A DNA stretch of 63,198 nucleotides, counting the filler, from Candidatus Fermentibacterota bacterium (GTDB lineage: Bacteria; JAFGKV01): assembly GCA_016928395.1 (NCBI GenBank). It is 6 parts of 6 records of this genome, joined end to end, with 100 filler letters (N's around TTAATTAATTAA, not from the genome) between each part and the next. Parts side by side here need not be neighbours in the genome. Positions count along the whole stretch, not along the records: positions 51,423 to 59,413 come from JAFGKV010000302.1; positions 59,514 to 63,198 come from JAFGKV010000305.1; 4 more parts are not named here. One strand, 5' to 3'. Shown piece after piece: positions 59,332-63,198 of this stretch; the stretch's first letter is position 1; every line of letters starts with the position of its first letter. The notes under the pieces are model-generated. The model was not told where the DNA came from and did no database searches. It saw only the letters and a program-made list of their open reading frames with translations. Both the position numbers and the translations under genes were made by a program.

Positions 59332-59413
59332 TCAAGCCCATTCTTAGTTGAAAGTCTTCGCGGCCTCACCGACCTCATGCAGCGACCTGACCTCCTTCCT
59401 CGATGGTGGTGAG
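59330..59413 (-). mobile_element. Possible end of an IS256-like insertion sequence
   Basis: Minus-strand ORF tail ...EEGGQVAA* then a terminus reading AGTCAAGCCCATTCTTAGTTGAAA inward; lies at the truncation point and the contig end. Confidence 0.45.
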
Positions 59414-59513
59414 NNNNNNNNNNNNNNNNNNNNNNNNNNNNNNNNNNNNNNNNNNNNTTAATTAATTAANNNNNNNNNNNNNNNNNNNNNNNNNNNNNNN
59501 NNNNNNNNNNNNN
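59414..59513. other. Artificial contig spacer
   Basis: N-run, TTAATTAATTAA, N-run. Confidence 0.98.
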
Positions 59514-59752
59514 AATGGCTGGCTGAGAGCTGAGAGCAGAGAGCTGATGGCTGATAGATGCCGCGCAGCGGCAACCGTCCATATGTGTGCTTGACATCAC
59601 GGGGAGTGGGGGCGACTTTCCCTTGTGTCATGAGTCGTTTTCTATCCTGGGCTATCGTGGCTGCGTGTCGACGACGGGGCTGGCGCATCCCCCAGGCGCT
59701 CATCATGACGCTTGTTTCCTCGCCGGCGGCGCGGTCTAGCAGGAGGGTGGAC

Positions 59753-60883
59753 ATGCTCCGTGCACGCCGTGATCTGAACCGACCCGTTCTCGATTCTCAT
59801 CCCCTCTCTGTCGTCCTCTCGCTACTACTCCTCGCCATCTCATTCGCGCCGGCCCTCGCCCAGACATGGGAGATCGAGGTGTTGGACAATGGCAAGCAGT
59901 TCAGCGAGATGACCGACCGGTCCCTGCGGCTTGATGCCCAGGGTCATCCCCACATCGCCTATGGCGGGGACTGGTTGTACTATGCCTGGCATGATGGCGT
60001 GGAGTGGCAGTCTGAGGTGGCCGATGCATCGTTCGGCATTGGCAGGTTCGCCTCGCTCGACTTGGATGGCTCAGGCTCTCCCCACATAGGCTACTACGAC
60101 TCGACCACTACCGATCTGAAGTATGCGTACAAGGACGCGGCGGGGTGGCACATCGAGACGGTGGATTCTGAAGGGAACGTGGGCAAGTACACCTCGATAG
60201 CGTTGGATGCCTCGGGCTCTCCCCACATAGGCTACTACGATGCGACCAATACCGATCTGAAGTATGCGCATAAGGACGCGGCGGGGTGGCACATCGAGAC
60301 CGTGGATTCTCAAGGGTACGTGGGCCGGTACACCTCGATAGCCTTGGACGGCCAGGGCTCTCCTCACATAGGCTACAACACCTATGTTGGTGGAGATTTG
60401 AAGTATGCGTACAAGGACGCGGCGGGGTGGCACGTCCAGACCGTTGATTCTGAAGGGAGCGTGGGCAGCTACACCTCGCTGGCCTTAGACTCAGCCGGTC
60501 TGGTGCACATCTGCTACTATGACTATACAAACAAGGATCTGAAGTACGCACGGATGGCAAGTCGACTCCTTGCCGCGGCACCAGCTGCGCTGGCTGCGGG
60601 GCCTGCTCTGCCCGATCACCTCACCGCGATCGCCGTCTGGCCGAATCCCGCGCGAGAAGTGGTGCATGCCAGGCTGGCAGGCCAGGGAGGGGAGGGGATA
60701 CTACGGCTGACCGTGGTCGACCTGCTTGGCCGGCGCATCACGAGCCTGCAGCACCCGGAGACCATCGGGGCGGAGGCGATGATCACGCTCCGGCTGCCCG
60801 AATCGATCCCGACCGGCCAGTACTTCCTGGGAGTCGAGGGCGAGGGTGCTCGCCAGTTCGTGCCGATCACGGTGGTGAGGTAG
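59753..60883 (+). CDS. Secreted protein with 47-aa tandem blade-like repeats and T9SS-type C-terminal domain
   Basis: RBS AGGAGG; signal peptide; PHIGYYD..DLKYAYKDAAGWHIETVDS.G.VG.YTSIALD repeats; VWPNPA...DLLGRR...GQYFL. Confidence 0.82.
   Translation: MLRARRDLNRPVLDSHPLSVVLSLLLLAISFAPALAQTWEIEVLDNGKQFSEMTDRSLRLDAQGHPHIAYGGDWLYYAWHDGVEWQSEVADASFGIGRFASLDLDGSGSPHIGYYDSTTTDLKYAYKDAAGWHIETVDSEGNVGKYTSIALDASGSPHIGYYDATNTDLKYAHKDAAGWHIETVDSQGYVGRYTSIALDGQGSPHIGYNTYVGGDLKYAYKDAAGWHVQTVDSEGSVGSYTSLALDSAGLVHICYYDYTNKDLKYARMASRLLAAAPAALAAGPALPDHLTAIAVWPNPAREVVHARLAGQGGEGILRLTVVDLLGRRITSLQHPETIGAEAMITLRLPESIPTGQYFLGVEGEGARQFVPITVVR
60074..60550 (+). repeat. 141-bp in-frame coding tandem repeat (3 full + 1 partial)
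   Basis: Units start at 60074, 60215, 60356 and 60497. Confidence 0.9.
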
Positions 60884-60896
60884 AACGAGAGCGCGA

Positions 60897-63074
60897 GTGG
60901 GCGCGGTGGGCACCGGATGTGGCGGCTCTTCGCACCCCGCGCTTGCGCAGTGCCCGCCGCATTCGTTCGGAAACAGAGGCGCATCAGGGGCCGGTTCCGC
61001 GGACAACGAATCGGTCAGATGCCCGGGCCTTCTGTTGCTCTCCTGGGCCGTGCTCGCGCTGCTCTGCCTATATCCTCGAGTGGCCTCCGGCGCCACGGTG
61101 CTGCGTATCGCTGACGCGCAGTACTTCACCATCAATGACGCGCCGACCTTTCTCTACCAGATGGCCTACCTCGGCCTGACAGCTATCCCGACCGAGTCGC
61201 CTGAAGTCCCACCGCCTCCCCTGGACATGTACGGCTCCTGGACCGGGGTGCTCACCGCACAGCTGGAATGCATTCGCGCGCATGGCATCAACTGCGTCCG
61301 TGTCTGGACTCATTGGGGGCACTGGCTGGACGACCTCCAGTGCACGATGTACCCGACACCGCCGGATGCACACAACCCGACCCACTGGGATCGCATCTTC
61401 GCCATGACCGACCAGTGGGGCAGGTGCGACGATGCCCCGGAAGACACCAGGCCGCTCTACCAGCGGAACATGAACCGCCTCCGGCGAGTCCTCGAGCTGT
61501 GTGACGACCTTGGCCTCGTCGTGGAGCTGACGTTCGCGCGACCTCCCTCCGATTTCGTCCCGTGGGCCTGGCCCTACCCGCAGAGCCATCCGGCGCACTG
61601 CGTCGCCGTCCATGCGGTGTGCAACAGGATCCAGAGCTGGCGGGGTGGGGATCGCCAGTTCAAGAACATCTACTTCGACCTCGACAATGAGAGTTGGGGC
61701 ACGCCCGACAGGATCTCCGTGGAGGACATAGCGGAACTCGTAAGTATCGTGAAGGACCCATCACACGAGAGCACGGACGGCGAACACTACCGGTGGCTCT
61801 GCACGTGTTCGTGGGGTCCATGTCAGTGGGAACCGCCGGAGTCTATCGCGGCCAAGCTCGATTCGTACATGGAGGCGGGGCTCAACTTCGCCTCACTCAA
61901 CATGAATGGCGGACCGGGCGATCCCGCCCGGTGCATGGACATGATCAGGGACGTCCGCGCGGCCATGGAGTACCTAGTGCCGATTCACGTGTGTGAGCCG
62001 TTCCGCGTCGGCAACTTCTGGGGTTTTGTCCCTGACGAGTCGGATTTCTATCGCGCCTGTACCGGTGTGAGGGTGGGAGGAGGCGTGGGCTGGTGCCTGC
62101 ACACGATGTTCTACTCGATCTACGGCAACTACTACGTCACGAGGGGGGACTTGACCTACTCATGCATTAACGAGGGTAACGACGAGCGCGGCGATCCCTG
62201 GGGTATCACGGAGGCCGTGTTCAACGACATGATGGGGCACTTCGGATCCCCCGACCCTCTGGACCCGCGCATCCGCCGCTTCCAGGCCGAGTACGACGAG
62301 CAACTCAGGCCGACTGCCGAGGACGCCGGCCATCCCGTCTTCACACCGGTCGGGAGGCCATATCCCTCCTCACAGTCATATGGGCCCGCGCCGTGGGGCT
62401 GGGAAGCGCGACCTGACGACGGTGAGGGCTTGATCACCTGGGGTCCGGACCTGACCTCAACCTCCATCGGCTGGGGCGCAGCCATCCTTCGCATGACGTG
62501 GATGGGATCGGCGGTGACTCGTGACACGATCGCGACGGTGCATGTCTGGGATCGGTGGGACGGAGGCCAGAAGGAGCTGGGGCACGCGGCGATCCACGGA
62601 GATGACCTTGGCAGCCCGGGTCAGTACGTCGATGTGCCCGTCCTCTTCTACTGCGTTGACTCCACCACGGTCGAGATCGATGTGGACGTTCGCACTCTCG
62701 GGCGGGCGACGTTGCGGTTGGACTACATCCAGCTCGAGCTGCCCGCCCCCGCCACGGTGTGCAGCGGTCCGGGTGTGGCCGGGGGACCGTCGTCCTCCTC
62801 TTTGAAGCCCCGGCTCGCCTCCGCGGCGCCGAATCCCTTCAGGCGCGGGCTCAAGCTCGCCTTCGCGCTCCCGGTCAGGAGCACGGTATCGCTCACGGTG
62901 TTCGATGTCGCGGGACGAGAGGTGGCATGGCCGGCGAGCAACCGGATGATGGGTCCCGGCACCCACTGGGTCTTCTGGGAGCCTGAGACCCTGCCACGCG
63001 GCATCTACACGTGCAGGCTGGTGGTAGGCGGCCACACGGAGACGATGAGGCTGGTATACCTCGGGAAGAGGTAG
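60897..63074 (+). CDS. Secreted glycoside hydrolase-like (clan GH-A TIM barrel) protein with FlgD/T9SS-type C-terminal domain
   Basis: GINCVRVW, DLDNE (acid/base-like) and IHVCEP (nucleophile-like); APNPF...FDVAGREV...GIY. Start uncertain. Confidence 0.65.
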   Translation: MGAVGTGCGGSSHPALAQCPPHSFGNRGASGAGSADNESVRCPGLLLLSWAVLALLCLYPRVASGATVLRIADAQYFTINDAPTFLYQMAYLGLTAIPTESPEVPPPPLDMYGSWTGVLTAQLECIRAHGINCVRVWTHWGHWLDDLQCTMYPTPPDAHNPTHWDRIFAMTDQWGRCDDAPEDTRPLYQRNMNRLRRVLELCDDLGLVVELTFARPPSDFVPWAWPYPQSHPAHCVAVHAVCNRIQSWRGGDRQFKNIYFDLDNESWGTPDRISVEDIAELVSIVKDPSHESTDGEHYRWLCTCSWGPCQWEPPESIAAKLDSYMEAGLNFASLNMNGGPGDPARCMDMIRDVRAAMEYLVPIHVCEPFRVGNFWGFVPDESDFYRACTGVRVGGGVGWCLHTMFYSIYGNYYVTRGDLTYSCINEGNDERGDPWGITEAVFNDMMGHFGSPDPLDPRIRRFQAEYDEQLRPTAEDAGHPVFTPVGRPYPSSQSYGPAPWGWEARPDDGEGLITWGPDLTSTSIGWGAAILRMTWMGSAVTRDTIATVHVWDRWDGGQKELGHAAIHGDDLGSPGQYVDVPVLFYCVDSTTVEIDVDVRTLGRATLRLDYIQLELPAPATVCSGPGVAGGPSSSSLKPRLASAAPNPFRRGLKLAFALPVRSTVSLTVFDVAGREVAWPASNRMMGPGTHWVFWEPETLPRGIYTCRLVVGGHTETMRLVYLGKR

Positions 63075-63198
63075 CAGAGAGAGTGGCGGTGGCGTCGCAT
63101 CGGTGGCCGGAGCCGGCGTCGGCTACCGGGGATCGCCGCGGCGAGCGGGAGTGGAGGATATGCAGATTCACCGTGAAGGACATGAAGGGCATGAAGGG

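Noticed and set aside
17568..59513. Five identical TTAATTAATTAA motifs within N-runs
   Set aside because: Assembly linkers with stops in all frames; no linkage inferred across them, including the apparent inverted arrangement of repeat copies A and B.
60074..60550. 141-bp repeats as a CRISPR array or DGR template/variable repeat
   Set aside because: Contiguous, in-frame coding units with no spacers; no cas or reverse transcriptase gene in the window.
63160..63198. ATG with GAAGG(A/G)CAT nonamer repeats at the window end
   Set aside because: Too short to tell a gene start from an intergenic simple repeat.

Overview
GC-rich bacterial DNA made of six contigs joined by artificial 100-bp N/TTAATTAATTAA spacers (17568, 41595, 47919, 51323, 59414), so gene order across the spacers is not biological. 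Several secreted proteins end in T9SS/FlgD-type 'PNP' domains, suggesting an FCB-superphylum-like organism (inference). Contig 1 holds a decayed integron (internally deleted intI, attI-like region, one textbook attC, cassettes including hicBA). It also has a selenium-metabolism operon (yedE, sirA-like, Cys desulfurase-like, DUF3343, selD with an in-frame UGA and SECIS-like hairpin), a two-component/c-di-GMP cluster and a duplicated His/Cys-rich domain protein. Contig 2 has a GGDEF-STAND NTPase-TPR fusion, housekeeping genes (tatC, polyprenyl synthase, lysS, murA with a Cys-to-Asp active site), three tRNAs and a MITE. Contigs 3-5 carry GT-C-like membrane proteins, sulfatase, SGNH and nucleotidyltransferase genes, a GH94 fragment and an IS-interrupted ATPase. 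Contig 6 has two secreted proteins. A dispersed ~60-bp element flanked by heptamer microsatellites occurs three times. All calls come from motif recognition by eye; no searches were run.
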